Below, one piece after another: positions 46,766 to 57,240 of a stretch of 64,000 nt of DNA. This DNA is from Candidatus Aldehydirespirator catecholifindens (GTDB lineage Bacteria; Actinomycetota; Acidimicrobiia; Acidimicrobiales; Aldehydirespiratoraceae). Each line of letters starts with the position of its first letter. The stretch's first letter is position 1. The notes below the pieces were generated by a model. The model searched no databases. It was given only the letters and a program-made list of their open reading frames with translations, and was not told the DNA's origin. A program made the position numbers and the translations under genes. The stretch is from positions 15,302-79,301 of the forward strand of contig JAPYNU010000065.1 of NCBI GenBank assembly GCA_028283245.1, in the 5' to 3' direction.

Positions 46766-47995
46766 ATGCTCAAGCGCCTGTTTGCGCTGACCTCAATCCT
46801 TTTAGCGTTCGCTCTGCTCGCAGCAGCCTGCGGAGACGATGACGACGAAGAGACGGTCAGTAGTCCCGCCCCCGCGGCTGAAGAGTCTGAGGAGGAAATG
46901 GCCGAACCCGAGGAGGAAATGGCCGAGACCGAAGAGGAGCACTCAGACGACGATCACTCCGATCATGATCACGAAGACGAAGACCATTCAGACCATGAGG
47001 ACGAAGCCACCGAGGAGATGATGGATCTCCCGACCGTCGGCTTGGTTTATGACATCGGCGGTCGTGGTGACCAGTCATTCAACGACTCAGCAGCCGCAGG
47101 CATCGAACGAGCCGCAGCCGAACTCGGAATTGAGTTCACCGAAGCATCACCCGAACCCGACGGATCAAACCGTGAAGAAATAATGCAGCTCGCAGCAAGC
47201 GAACACGACATTGTTGTGGGTGTCGGCTTCCTTTATGAGAGCGCAGCCGCAACAGTCGGCCCTGAAAACCCTGGCACCATGTTCGGTGTGGTCGACTCAG
47301 GAATGCTTGACTTCAGTGCCGATCCCCCAGCCCCATACGCCGACAATATTGCCGGACTGGTTTTCGCCGAACATGAAGGCTCGTTCCTAGTGGGTGCAGC
47401 CGCAGCACTGAAGACTAAGACTGGAACCATCGGCTTCATAGGCGGAGTGCAAAACGTCGGAGGTCTAATCGAGCGCTTTGAGGCCGGTTACAACGCCGGT
47501 GCCCGCGCCGTCAACCCCGACATCGAAATCATCGGCGATTACGTCACCCAGGCACCCGACATGGACGGTTTCAACTCTCCCGACCGGGGCAAAGAAATCG
47601 CTTTGGCCATGTACGAAGAAGGCGCAGACATCATCTACCACGCTGCTGGCGGCACAGGCGCAGGACTATTCCAGGCTGCTCAGGAGCAGACCGAAGCCAC
47701 CGGATCAAAGGTCTGGGCTATTGGCGTTGACTCCGACCAGTACCTGACCGCTGATCCTGGAGTGCGCGAATTCATCCTGACTTCAATGCTCAAGCGAGTG
47801 GACTCTTCGATCTTTGAGATGATCAAGTCAGTAATCGAAGGAACTATGGTGCCGGGCCCGACCGCCTATGACCTTTCGGTTGATGGGGTCGGCTACAGCA
47901 GATCAGGCGGCTACGTTGACGACATCGTCGATCAACTTGAAGACTTCCGCGCGAAAATCATCTCCGGCGAGATCGTGGTTCCAAACGAGCCCTAA
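46766..47995 (+). CDS. BMP-family (PnrA-like, nucleoside-type) ABC transporter substrate-binding lipoprotein
   Basis: GGAGG RBS at 46753-46757 and lipobox LLAAAC. GLVYDIGGRGDQSFNDSA and FIGGV are typical of the basic membrane protein family. It is followed by a matching ATPase and two permeases. Confidence 0.8.
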   Translation: MLKRLFALTSILLAFALLAAACGDDDDEETVSSPAPAAEESEEEMAEPEEEMAETEEEHSDDDHSDHDHEDEDHSDHEDEATEEMMDLPTVGLVYDIGGRGDQSFNDSAAAGIERAAAELGIEFTEASPEPDGSNREEIMQLAASEHDIVVGVGFLYESAAATVGPENPGTMFGVVDSGMLDFSADPPAPYADNIAGLVFAEHEGSFLVGAAAALKTKTGTIGFIGGVQNVGGLIERFEAGYNAGARAVNPDIEIIGDYVTQAPDMDGFNSPDRGKEIALAMYEEGADIIYHAAGGTGAGLFQAAQEQTEATGSKVWAIGVDSDQYLTADPGVREFILTSMLKRVDSSIFEMIKSVIEGTMVPGPTAYDLSVDGVGYSRSGGYVDDIVDQLEDFRAKIISGEIVVPNEP

Positions 47996-48081
47996 AAATC
48001 GAGCGCCTAAGCGAGAACCGTGCTTGCGACTGTATTGACATAGCGTCTACAACAGTGGCTCAAAGTGCGATTTGCAACGAA

Positions 48082-48115
48082 GCGAACGGGTCGGGTTATT
48101 GTCCGGCCCGTTCGC
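48082..48115 (+). terminator. stem-loop downstream of the BMP lipoprotein gene (possible attenuator or partial terminator)
   Basis: GCGAACGGG(t)CGG ... CCGGCCCGTTCGC, a 9+3 bp stem with one bulge. A short T run (GTTTTT) follows about 20 nt later, so this is not a textbook intrinsic terminator. Confidence 0.35.
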
Positions 48116-48189
48116 CGCGTTCGGCCACGTTTTTCGTGTTTAGTGCTCGCAAGCGTTCACTATCACTAAAGTTTCATTAGGGAGGCCGT

Positions 48190-49818
48190 GTGTCGCAGGC
48201 CACAGAGCCAGATTCAGAGTCGGTGACAGAGCCGGAGACAAAGCCCGAATCTGAACTGACCGCAGCGTCAGCCATTGAGTTGACGGGCATCACTAAGCGC
48301 TTCCCTGGTGTCGTGGCTAACGACAACATCAACCTCACCGTGGCCGAGGGCGAGATCCACGCCATCTGCGGCGAGAACGGGGCTGGCAAGTCGACCTTGA
48401 TGAAGATCCTCTACGGCATGCAGCCACCCGACTCTGGGACTATCAAGATCTCAGGTGCCGTGGCGGAGCTTCATTCACCGGCGCAGGCCATTGAACTCGG
48501 AATCGGCATGGTGCATCAACACTTCATGCTGGCCGATCAACTCACCGTATTGGAGAACGTGATTCTCGGTGCTGAGCCGACACTGTCGGTCGGGCGAATC
48601 AACTTCAGCGCCGGACGCGCTCATCTAGACGAAGTGAGCCGAGCCTACGGACTTGACATCAACGCCGATGACTATGTAGAAGACTTGGAAGTCGGTGAAC
48701 GTCAGCGGGTTGAGATCATCAAAGTGCTGTTTCGAGGAGCAAAAATCTTGATCCTTGATGAGCCCACTGCTGTGCTGGTACCTCAGGAAGTGGATGAACT
48801 GTTCTCAAACATTCGGGAACTCAAAACCGGTGGCACCACTATTTTGTTCATTGATCACAAGCTTGATGAAGTTTTGGAGATCGCCGACACAATCACGGTG
48901 CTGCGTCAAGGCCGCACGGTTGGCACAGTCAAGCCCGATGATGTAACAGCTCGCGATCTAGCCGAAATGATGATCGGCTCAGAGCTGCCCAAACCTGATG
49001 CCGGTGCTTCAACCGTCACCGACGAGGTAGCTCTCGAAATCTCGGAACTGCGAGTATTGGGGGAAGCTGATCGTCCAGTAGTTAACAATGTGAGCCTGAC
49101 AGTTCACCGTGGTGAGATTGTGGGCGTTGCCGGAGTTGAAGGCAACGGCCAAGCCGAGCTGGTCAACGCCATAATCGGTACCACCCCGAGTGATCAGGGC
49201 AGTATCAAGATGCTGGGCCGCGACATCACCAGCGCTTCGGTGCGCAGCCGGCGCGAGTTGGGTTTGGGCTACGTGCCTCAAGACCGTCACCGCGACGGCC
49301 TGCTGCTCGGGTTCAGCCTCTGGGAGAACGGCACACTGGGTCACCAGACCGAAGCTCCGTACTCTCGCGGGCTATGGCTGAGCCGTGACGGTATGCGCAA
49401 ACGCGCTGAGCAAATCAAATCTCAGTTTGATGTGCGTACTCCCAACATTGACCTGTCGGCTCATGCCTTATCGGGAGGCAACCAGCAAAAGCTGATCGTG
49501 GGACGTGAGATGGTTGCGGATCCGACGGTGTTCATCGCTAATCACCCCACCCGAGGCATTGACGTCGGTGCCCAGGCCGCGGTATGGGACCACATCCGCG
49601 AAGCCCGAGCCAAAGGTTTGGCAACTCTTTTGGTGTCGGCTGATCTTGAAGAACTCATCGGGTTGTCCGACACGATCGTGGTGATGCTGCGAGGTCGTCT
49701 TGTGGCTCGCCTTGACCCCAACGAAATCACACCAAGAGACTTGGGCACCTACATGACCGGAGCTGCTCTCGAAACCGAAGAAACCGAAGAGACCGAAGAG
49801 GCTGTGGCCAGTGCCTGA
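48190..49818 (+). CDS. ABC transporter ATP-binding protein, tandem NBDs
   Basis: Walker A GENGAGKST and Walker B LILDEPT in the first half. Second NBD with signature LSGGNQQK. Confidence 0.9.
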   Translation: MSQATEPDSESVTEPETKPESELTAASAIELTGITKRFPGVVANDNINLTVAEGEIHAICGENGAGKSTLMKILYGMQPPDSGTIKISGAVAELHSPAQAIELGIGMVHQHFMLADQLTVLENVILGAEPTLSVGRINFSAGRAHLDEVSRAYGLDINADDYVEDLEVGERQRVEIIKVLFRGAKILILDEPTAVLVPQEVDELFSNIRELKTGGTTILFIDHKLDEVLEIADTITVLRQGRTVGTVKPDDVTARDLAEMMIGSELPKPDAGASTVTDEVALEISELRVLGEADRPVVNNVSLTVHRGEIVGVAGVEGNGQAELVNAIIGTTPSDQGSIKMLGRDITSASVRSRRELGLGYVPQDRHRDGLLLGFSLWENGTLGHQTEAPYSRGLWLSRDGMRKRAEQIKSQFDVRTPNIDLSAHALSGGNQQKLIVGREMVADPTVFIANHPTRGIDVGAQAAVWDHIREARAKGLATLLVSADLEELIGLSDTIVVMLRGRLVARLDPNEITPRDLGTYMTGAALETEETEETEEAVASA

Positions 49819-49887
49819 GCTTTTCATTATTAGACGATCTCTGATGTCTCTGGCTGAACACTGCTTCACATATCGAGGTTTCGCTCA

Positions 49888-51048
49888 GTGAACGAGCGAT
49901 TAACCCGGCGGCTGATATTGGCCGCGGCAGCACCAGTGTCGGCGTTATGCATAGCTGTTGCGCTATCAGCAATCGTGCTGCTGATAGCGGGAAGTAACCC
50001 GATAACGGCCTACTTGGACATGCTTGAACACGGCAGCAAGCTCGAAACTCAAGTTGACATCCTCAACCGTGCTACACCGCTTTATTTGGCTGGTGTGGCT
50101 GTGGCTATCGGTTTCAAGATGAACCTGTTCAACATCGGTGTGGAGGGTCAGTATCTGTTGGCGTTCATCGTCGCTGCACATCTCGGTGCTCAGGTAGAAC
50201 TGCCTCAGGTACTACACATTGCCTACGTCTTGGTGGTCGCCATGGTGATAGGCGGTGCTTTCGCAGGCGTGGCCGGTGTGCTGAAAGTGACCCGCGGGGT
50301 CAACGAGGTGATCTCCACGATCATGCTCAACGCAGTGGTGATCTCAGGTCTGGCCGCCTGGTGGATTGTGGAATGGCAGGCCGGAGGAGAAATATCGGCC
50401 ACTGGAGGCCGGGTCGGCACAGAACCCATTGACGAGAGCAGGCTGATGCCTGACATCAACTCCTGGCTGGAATTCTTCACCCGGGAAGTCGGCTTCGGCA
50501 AAGAACTCACTGGAATGCTGATCGTGGCGGTGGTAGTCGGAGTGTTTTATCACGTTCTTTTGACTCGCACGGTTCTGGGTTTCGACCTGCGCTCAAGTGG
50601 TGCCAACCAACATGCATCACATGTCGGCGGAGTTTCACCCAAGCGCATGATCGTGATCGCTATCGTGCTTTCAGGTGTGGTAGCAGGCTTGGTGGGCATG
50701 CCCGAGCTGATGGACTCCGGCTATTACCCGTCGAACCCGGTCAGCGGTCTCGGTTTCTTGGGGATTGCTGTTGCGCTACTGGGTCGCAATCATCCCGCTG
50801 GGGTGGCTGTGGCGGCTGTGATCTTTTCGTTCTTGGATGTCTCATCTGGGATCCTGCAAGTAACGGGTGCCGCCTCACGCGAGATCGTTGAGATCATGAA
50901 AGGCGTGATCATCGTTACTGCGGTCATTGCCTATGAGGTGGTGCGTCGCATCCGTGAACGTGACGAGGCAGCTGCGGCAGCCGCAGCGATGACCAACCCG
51001 AAGGTGCCATCGGATAATCCGCCGACTGCTGCTGAGGTATCCGTGTGA
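49888..51048 (+). CDS. ABC transporter permease (BPD_transp_2 type)
   Basis: Multi-TM protein. FNIGVEGQYL is typical of BMP-system permeases. Confidence 0.8.
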   Translation: MNERLTRRLILAAAAPVSALCIAVALSAIVLLIAGSNPITAYLDMLEHGSKLETQVDILNRATPLYLAGVAVAIGFKMNLFNIGVEGQYLLAFIVAAHLGAQVELPQVLHIAYVLVVAMVIGGAFAGVAGVLKVTRGVNEVISTIMLNAVVISGLAAWWIVEWQAGGEISATGGRVGTEPIDESRLMPDINSWLEFFTREVGFGKELTGMLIVAVVVGVFYHVLLTRTVLGFDLRSSGANQHASHVGGVSPKRMIVIAIVLSGVVAGLVGMPELMDSGYYPSNPVSGLGFLGIAVALLGRNHPAGVAVAAVIFSFLDVSSGILQVTGAASREIVEIMKGVIIVTAVIAYEVVRRIRERDEAAAAAAAMTNPKVPSDNPPTAAEVSV

Positions 51049-52316
51049 TGCTGTCAATGCTGTCGATGCTGAACAAACAGCCGACCTGGCTGCGCTGGAT
51101 GATCTACGCCGCAATCGGCGTGCTGGTGCTGACCGTAGTTCAAGGCTTTGACGACACTGAACGGCTCACGGCCGTTACTTCGTCGCAGGCCATGCTGCGC
51201 TGGGCGGTGCCAATACTGCTGGCAGGGCTAGGCGGAATGTTCTGCGAACGGGCCGGGATCATCAATATCGGCCTTGAAGGGATGCTGGTTCTGGGCACCT
51301 GGTTCGGTGCCTGGGGCGCAGTCACCTATGGAGGCTGGGCGGGGCTACTAATCGGCATGGCTGGCGGCGCTCTCGGCGGACTAATTCACGCAGTCGCTAC
51401 CGTGACTTTTGGAATCGATCAGATCATCTCGGGAGTCGCTATCAATGTGACCGCACCCGGTCTGGCGCGATTCTTGTCATCAGAGGTTTTTATTAATATT
51501 GAAGGTGGCTCTATCACACAGTCACCGCGCACCCCTGGACAAGGCAAGTTCACGTTCCCGTTCCTAGCTGGCGGCGACCTTTTCGGCTGCGACACCCCCG
51601 ATATTCTCGGCTGGTTTACTCGCAAAGACTGGTTCTTCGTGTCTGATCTCACTGGAATGGCACGGGGTCTGGTGGCGCAGCTGTCGCTGGCTACGATGCT
51701 CGCCTTTGCGCTGGTGCCGTTCAGTGCCTGGTTGATCTGGCGCACCCGTTTCGGGCTGCGGCTGCGGATCTGCGGCGAACACCCCGTCGGTGGCGAAACA
51801 CAAGGCATCAACATTTATCTCTACAAATACATCGCCGTGATAATCAGCGGAGCTCTGGCCGGGCTCGGCGGCTCTTTCATCGCCAGCCCAGAACTGTCGG
51901 GGATCTACTTAGAGGGTCAGACCAACGGGCGCGGCTTCATTGCCTTGGCGGCTGTGATTATCGGCAACTGGCGTCCCGGCGGGATCATGGGCGCAGCGCT
52001 GCTGTTCGGCTACCCATTCGGGGTGGGCTTGCGCGACCTTGACGGCTCGGCTTCACACGCGCTGCTTCTGGTCAACACCATTGCTTTGGGTGCTGTCATT
52101 GCTTGGGCGCTTAACCGTCGTCGGCGTGTGGACGCGACTCTGGCTGCTGTGCTCGGGCTGGGTGCAGCGCTGTGGTACTTCTTGTCTTCGACGGTGCCCG
52201 ACTGGTGGATCTCAATCCTGCCTTATGTGATCGTGCTGGTGGTGCTGATCTTCTTCTCGCAACGGCTGCGAATGCCTCAAGCTGCTGGGATTGCTTACCG
52301 AAAAGGCGAGTCGTAG
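51045..52316 (+). CDS. ABC transporter permease (second subunit)
   Basis: INIGLEGMLV motif and multi-TM topology. 4-nt overlap with the previous permease gene. Confidence 0.8.
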   Translation: MMLSMLSMLNKQPTWLRWMIYAAIGVLVLTVVQGFDDTERLTAVTSSQAMLRWAVPILLAGLGGMFCERAGIINIGLEGMLVLGTWFGAWGAVTYGGWAGLLIGMAGGALGGLIHAVATVTFGIDQIISGVAINVTAPGLARFLSSEVFINIEGGSITQSPRTPGQGKFTFPFLAGGDLFGCDTPDILGWFTRKDWFFVSDLTGMARGLVAQLSLATMLAFALVPFSAWLIWRTRFGLRLRICGEHPVGGETQGINIYLYKYIAVIISGALAGLGGSFIASPELSGIYLEGQTNGRGFIALAAVIIGNWRPGGIMGAALLFGYPFGVGLRDLDGSASHALLLVNTIALGAVIAWALNRRRRVDATLAAVLGLGAALWYFLSSTVPDWWISILPYVIVLVVLIFFSQRLRMPQAAGIAYRKGES

Positions 52317-52389
52317 ATGCACTAATGCTGCCCTGCACTTCACTTTTGTTGATTGCCGATCGTTATCGCCAACAGCTAATGTCATCGCA

Positions 52390-53250
52390 ATGCTGACTGA
52401 AACTCAACTATCTGACTGGCAGAGCGACGGCTTTTTGAAGCTGCCTGATCTTGTGCCTCGCCAACGTTGTGAGAGCCTCAAAGACCATGTTGGCGAGTTG
52501 CTAGCAAGCATTGATCCCAGCCGCGAAAACGACAACGGTGGTTTGACAGTCTTTTCGACCACTGAGCAGAGCCACGCTCAAGACGAGTGGTTTCTGGGTT
52601 CAGGTCACACAGTGCGCTGGTTCTTTGAAGACGGCGCTGTTGTTGACGGGCAACTGACCCGTCCTTTGCCGCTGGCGGTCAACAAACTGGGTCATGCTAT
52701 GCATGACCTTGACCCGGTGTTTGATGCGTTCTCGCGTGCGCCAGAGTTAGCGGAGCTAGCAGCCGACCTGGGAATGCAGGAACCGAAGCTGCTGCAATCG
52801 ATGTATATCTTCAAACAGCCTGGCATCGGCGGTGAAGTGATCTGCCACTGCGATCACAGCTTTTTGTGGACCGAGCCGCAAAGCGTGATCGGACTCTGGT
52901 TCGCTATCGAGGATGCCACTGTTGACAACGGCTGCCTCTGGGCGATACCGGGAGGTCACCGAATCCCAGCAAAAACCCGTTTCAGGCTGATTGATCCCGC
53001 TGATCGCAGCCTCGGCACGGTTACCGACACTTTGGACGACAGGCCGTATCCAGCCGATGAACTAGTTCCGCTGGAAGCCACCGCTGGGACTCTGATCGCT
53101 TTGCACGGAACACTGCCGCATTACAGCGCTGCCAACACGTCGAAGCGCAGCCGTCACGCTTACACGCTTCATCTCATTGACGGCTGCTGCGAGTATCTAG
53201 CCAACAACTGGATACAACGCGAACCTGATCTGCCGCTGCGAGGTTTCTGA
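52390..53250 (+). CDS. phytanoyl-CoA dioxygenase (PhyH) family Fe(II)/2-oxoglutarate oxygenase
   Basis: WQSDGFLKLPDLV at the N-terminus, CHCDHSF (HxD) and a distal GTLPHYS histidine. The start is set at the ATG at 52390. Confidence 0.7.
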   Translation: MLTETQLSDWQSDGFLKLPDLVPRQRCESLKDHVGELLASIDPSRENDNGGLTVFSTTEQSHAQDEWFLGSGHTVRWFFEDGAVVDGQLTRPLPLAVNKLGHAMHDLDPVFDAFSRAPELAELAADLGMQEPKLLQSMYIFKQPGIGGEVICHCDHSFLWTEPQSVIGLWFAIEDATVDNGCLWAIPGGHRIPAKTRFRLIDPADRSLGTVTDTLDDRPYPADELVPLEATAGTLIALHGTLPHYSAANTSKRSRHAYTLHLIDGCCEYLANNWIQREPDLPLRGF

Positions 53251-53316
53251 ACTGCTCGCATTCTGAACTGGTCTCACCGACCGCGCATCTAGTGCTGACG
53301 ACCGCGTCCGTGCTAG

Positions 53317-54219
53317 CTATAGCGGTATTACGGGATCACGGCCGGATTTGCGTTGGGCTCTGCCTCGAATAATCAGCAGATATAAACCTCCGGCCACGAT
53401 CAGCACCATACTCATCCAAATGTTGACCCTCAGACCGAGCAGCAGGCTGGCCGTGTCTATACGCAGCGCCTCTATCCAAAGCCGGCCGAGCCCGTAGCCG
53501 AGAACATAAACCGCCAAGATCGAACCGGGTCTGTCCATACGACGCGGATCGGTGATCAGCGCAGGCTCAAGTCGCTGAAGGCGTCTGCGATCTATAACCA
53601 CCAGCACAACGCACAGCAACAGATTCCAGACTGCTTCATACAAGAAGGTCGGATGAAAGGTTTCGCTGTCAACGTAAGCAGTTGGTCGATGCGAGACATC
53701 GATTTCTAAACCCCACGGCAGATCTGTAGGCGAGCCATACAACTCCTGGTTGAACCAGTTACCGAGACGCCCAATGGCCTGCGCTAAAGGCAGCGCAGGC
53801 ACTACCGCCGCGAGAGCCTCACCGCGGTCCATGCCTTGACGGCGTATCACCCAGAGCCCTGTCAAGATCCCGGCTGCCATACCGCCGGGGATACCCAAAC
53901 CTCCCTCCCAGATCGCTAAAGCTTCAAGCCAGCCCGCATCTGCGAAACGCCGCCAGTCGGTGATCACATGATAAAGCCGAGCACCAATCAGGCCAGCGGG
54001 CACCGCTCGCAATGCGATTCGGCTGATTTGTTCAGGGTCGTTTCCTCGTGCCTGCCAGCGGCGACGCGACATCCAGACGGCAGCCACGACACCTAAGGCG
54101 ATCATCGCTCCGTAGGCACGCAACTCAAGCGGGCCAATCTCCAGCGAATTGCGTGACGGGCTTGGAATCGAAACCAGCAACTCCGCTGCGCTGCCCAACA
54201 ATGTGCTCATAGCTGCCAC
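53317..54219 (-). CDS. lgt: prolipoprotein diacylglyceryl transferase
   Basis: RLYHVITDW, GGLGIPGG, GRLGNWFNQELYG and HPTFLYE. Confidence 0.9.
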   Translation of the reverse strand: MAAMSTLLGSAAELLVSIPSPSRNSLEIGPLELRAYGAMIALGVVAAVWMSRRRWQARGNDPEQISRIALRAVPAGLIGARLYHVITDWRRFADAGWLEALAIWEGGLGIPGGMAAGILTGLWVIRRQGMDRGEALAAVVPALPLAQAIGRLGNWFNQELYGSPTDLPWGLEIDVSHRPTAYVDSETFHPTFLYEAVWNLLLCVVLVVIDRRRLQRLEPALITDPRRMDRPGSILAVYVLGYGLGRLWIEALRIDTASLLLGLRVNIWMSMVLIVAGGLYLLIIRGRAQRKSGRDPVIPL

Positions 54220-54326
54220 TTAACGCTTTCGCTGCTTTCTGATTCGCTGCTTTGTGTGTGAAGCAGGTGCCAGCTCAAAGGTAGTTTGCGAAAAAACAGT
54301 TGAGCCGAGCACGCGAATCTCAGCCG

Positions 54327-56099
54327 TTACGCCAGTATGCGACGACCGGCGACAGCAAGATCATCAGCGGGTTCTTTCACTGCGGCTAACAGACCAGGCA
54401 CGCCAGCTAGCCGATTAGCGGCGAAGAACCTAGCCAAAACAGAACGATCCTCAGCTGCTTCTGGATCACCCAGTCTGGTGGCAGCTATAGCGCCGTCAGC
54501 GAGCGCAGCGCCACCTGTGGTGACTGCCAGCATCTTCAAGTAGGCACCCGCAGCAGCTAGACGCTGCGGTGGATCCGCTGTCAGGAGCCACTCGCTGGCT
54601 TCAGAAGTTGCTTGATGTGCCGCCTCAAGATGAAGCTTCACCGGTGCCAGTTGAGCAACACCGTTAAGAGATTCAACAGTGGTTGCTACGGCGGACAGAT
54701 GGTCGCGAACCACTCCCCCGTTACGCATCACCAACTTGCGTCCCACGAGGTCGGCACCTTGAATGCCGTTCGTGCCCTCATAGATGGGCGCTATCCGGGC
54801 GTCGCGATAATGCTGAGCCGAGCCGGTTTCTTCCACGAAACCCATACCGCCGTGTATTTGCAAGCCGGTGCTTGCCAGTTCGCAGCCCAGATCTGTGGAC
54901 CATGCTTTGGTCAAAGGTGTCAACAAAGCGGCCTGCTCACTAGCGATGTCGCGCAAGGTTTGGTCGCTGCCGTTGTGAGCACGATCAATTGCTTCAGCGT
55001 TGCGATAGGCCAAACCTCGCATAGCGCTGACACACGAACGCATATCCAAAAGCATTCTGCGCACGTCGGGGTGATCAATGATCGGCGCGTTCTGCCCTGC
55101 AGGAGTGTCAGGGGCTCGACCCTGACGACGATCGGCGGCATAGGCGAGAGCCTGCTGATAGGAACGCTCCGTGATCGCCACTCCTTGCAGGCCGACGCTC
55201 AAACGGGCGTGGTTCATCATGGTGAACATGGCTCGCATTCCGCCGTTTTCTTCACCCACCAAAAAACCGACCGCACCCTCGTCGTCTCCGTAAGCCATAA
55301 CACAGGTTGGGCTGGCGTGGATTCCGAGCTTGTGCTCAATAGATACGCAGTTCACATCGTTGCGGACTCCTAGCGAGCCGTCGTCGCCGACGAGGTGTTT
55401 GGGCACCAAAAAGCAGCTGATACCTCGGGTGCCTGGCGGTGCTTGCGGAGTGCGGGCCAGCACCAAATGCACGATGTTGTCAGTCAGGTCATGCTCACCG
55501 TAGGTGATAAAAATTTTGGTGCCAAACAACCGATAAGAGCCGTCCGGTTGCGGAACCGCTCTAGTGGCAACCGCTCCAAGATCCGAACCTGCTTGAGGTT
55601 CGGTGAGGTTCATGGTGCCAGTCCAGGTACCTGTCGCCATTGCTGGTAAGTAGAGAGCCTTCTGTTCGGCTGTGCCATAGGCGTGCAGCAGATTAATGGC
55701 ACCCTGAGTAAGCAGCGGGCAAAGCGACCAGGCCATGCACGCTGAGGTGAGCATCTCCTCTACGGCTAAGCCCAAAAGATGCGGAAAACCGCCTCCTCCG
55801 TATTCGGGATCTATTGACAGCGCTCCCCAACCTGCTTGAACGTAGGCTTCGTATGCGTTGCGGAAGCCTGTCGGCGTAGCAACCGAGCCATCGGTGACGC
55901 GGCGAGCGCCTTCGTTGTCACCGACACGGTTAAGCGGAGCGATCACCTCCTCGGCAAAGCGTGCAGCTTCGGCTAAGAGCTGATCCACTATTTCGGGATC
56001 GACATGTTCAAACTCTTCCAACTTGGACAGTCCGTCTAGGTCGGCAACATGGCGCAAATTAAAAATGATCTCCGCGAGATCAACTTTGTAGTCACTCAT
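54327..56099 (-). CDS. acyl-CoA dehydrogenase (long FadE type with extra N- and C-terminal domains)
   Basis: NLTEPQAGSDLG, KIFITYGEHD, GGMGFVEETG and YEGTNGIQ. Confidence 0.85.
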   Translation of the reverse strand: MSDYKVDLAEIIFNLRHVADLDGLSKLEEFEHVDPEIVDQLLAEAARFAEEVIAPLNRVGDNEGARRVTDGSVATPTGFRNAYEAYVQAGWGALSIDPEYGGGGFPHLLGLAVEEMLTSACMAWSLCPLLTQGAINLLHAYGTAEQKALYLPAMATGTWTGTMNLTEPQAGSDLGAVATRAVPQPDGSYRLFGTKIFITYGEHDLTDNIVHLVLARTPQAPPGTRGISCFLVPKHLVGDDGSLGVRNDVNCVSIEHKLGIHASPTCVMAYGDDEGAVGFLVGEENGGMRAMFTMMNHARLSVGLQGVAITERSYQQALAYAADRRQGRAPDTPAGQNAPIIDHPDVRRMLLDMRSCVSAMRGLAYRNAEAIDRAHNGSDQTLRDIASEQAALLTPLTKAWSTDLGCELASTGLQIHGGMGFVEETGSAQHYRDARIAPIYEGTNGIQGADLVGRKLVMRNGGVVRDHLSAVATTVESLNGVAQLAPVKLHLEAAHQATSEASEWLLTADPPQRLAAAGAYLKMLAVTTGGAALADGAIAATRLGDPEAAEDRSVLARFFAANRLAGVPGLLAAVKEPADDLAVAGRRILA

Positions 56100-57091
56100 C
56101 AGTCGTGAGAATACTCCTGTGCAAGGGGGTTTGTGAGATCATCGGTCTCTGTGGACTCTTCAGGTTCGCAAAACGCGACAGGTTTGCGACGGTCGGTGAG
56201 CGCTCTGTTGATCTCGGCACCCACAAGCAGTCCCATCGCCAGCAAGTAGAGCCAAACCAGCAAAGTCAGCGCACCTCCAAGCAGGCCGAACACGGCGTTC
56301 ATGCCGCTAGCAGCGGCATCAAGATATCCACGGAACCCCGCCGAGACGGCCAACCACCAAGCAGTTGCGATCACAGCTCCAGGCAGGTCGCTGCGCCAAG
56401 GCGTGTGACGTCGAGGTGCTAAGTGGTAGATGCAGGTCGCCCATGACACCACCACTATGAAAACGACCGGCCAACGGAACCAGTCCCATGCCGTGGTCAG
56501 CGCTGCACTAGCACCGAAACGGTCGGCTAACTCTTCGCCAACACCGAGCAGTGGACCTACCACCACCATCAAAGCAACCAGAGCTGCTACCAACACAGAG
56601 AACAAGGTCAACAAAAAGCCCATGATCCGAGCAGAGAACCAGTTTCTTCGGGTTTCGTGACCGTAGGTCACGTCTAGAGCACCCACCACCGCTGTGAAAC
56701 CTCGTGATGATGCGTAGGCGGCTACCGCAATACCCACGGTGATGAGCCCAGCATTGGAACGCTCAAAAAGGTCTTCCACTGTGGCCTGCAACGTGTTGTC
56801 ACTACCGAAAGTGTCGGCCACTCGTTCCAGTAGCCACTGCTCAGTGTCGGCTGCGGCGCCCGCACCAATCAACACGTCAAGTGAGCCGAGAGCTGCCGCG
56901 AATACGATCACCGCAGGAAACAGCCCGAGCAAACCGAAGAAGGCGATCTCTGCTGACAGGCCGCCGATGCGAGATCGTGACCAACCGTTGCGTAGTTCAC
57001 CCACTAGCCGCAACATTTCACGCCCGAACGTGCGAATCGATTGCGCTGCGAAAGCATTCATGCTCAAGTCAGGGTAAGGCTGATAGCGCAT
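56099..57091 (-). CDS. YihY/BrkB family membrane protein
   Basis: About six TM helices. AAEIAFFGLLGLFPA and the family-typical C-terminal GAEINR. Confidence 0.75.
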   Translation of the reverse strand: MRYQPYPDLSMNAFAAQSIRTFGREMLRLVGELRNGWSRSRIGGLSAEIAFFGLLGLFPAVIVFAAALGSLDVLIGAGAAADTEQWLLERVADTFGSDNTLQATVEDLFERSNAGLITVGIAVAAYASSRGFTAVVGALDVTYGHETRRNWFSARIMGFLLTLFSVLVAALVALMVVVGPLLGVGEELADRFGASAALTTAWDWFRWPVVFIVVVSWATCIYHLAPRRHTPWRSDLPGAVIATAWWLAVSAGFRGYLDAAASGMNAVFGLLGGALTLLVWLYLLAMGLLVGAEINRALTDRRKPVAFCEPEESTETDDLTNPLAQEYSHD

Positions 57092-57240
57092 GATCGCGAC
57101 TGATGACGCAACCGCTGCACCTAACTGCCGCCCTGTGGAAAACCTTCGGGATTGCTGTGGACAGCGTTGTGCAAACTTGCCTAAATCGTCCAGAGATTTC
57201 GGTGAGCCTGTAGAGAACGCTATGGCGCTACCGTCAAGCG

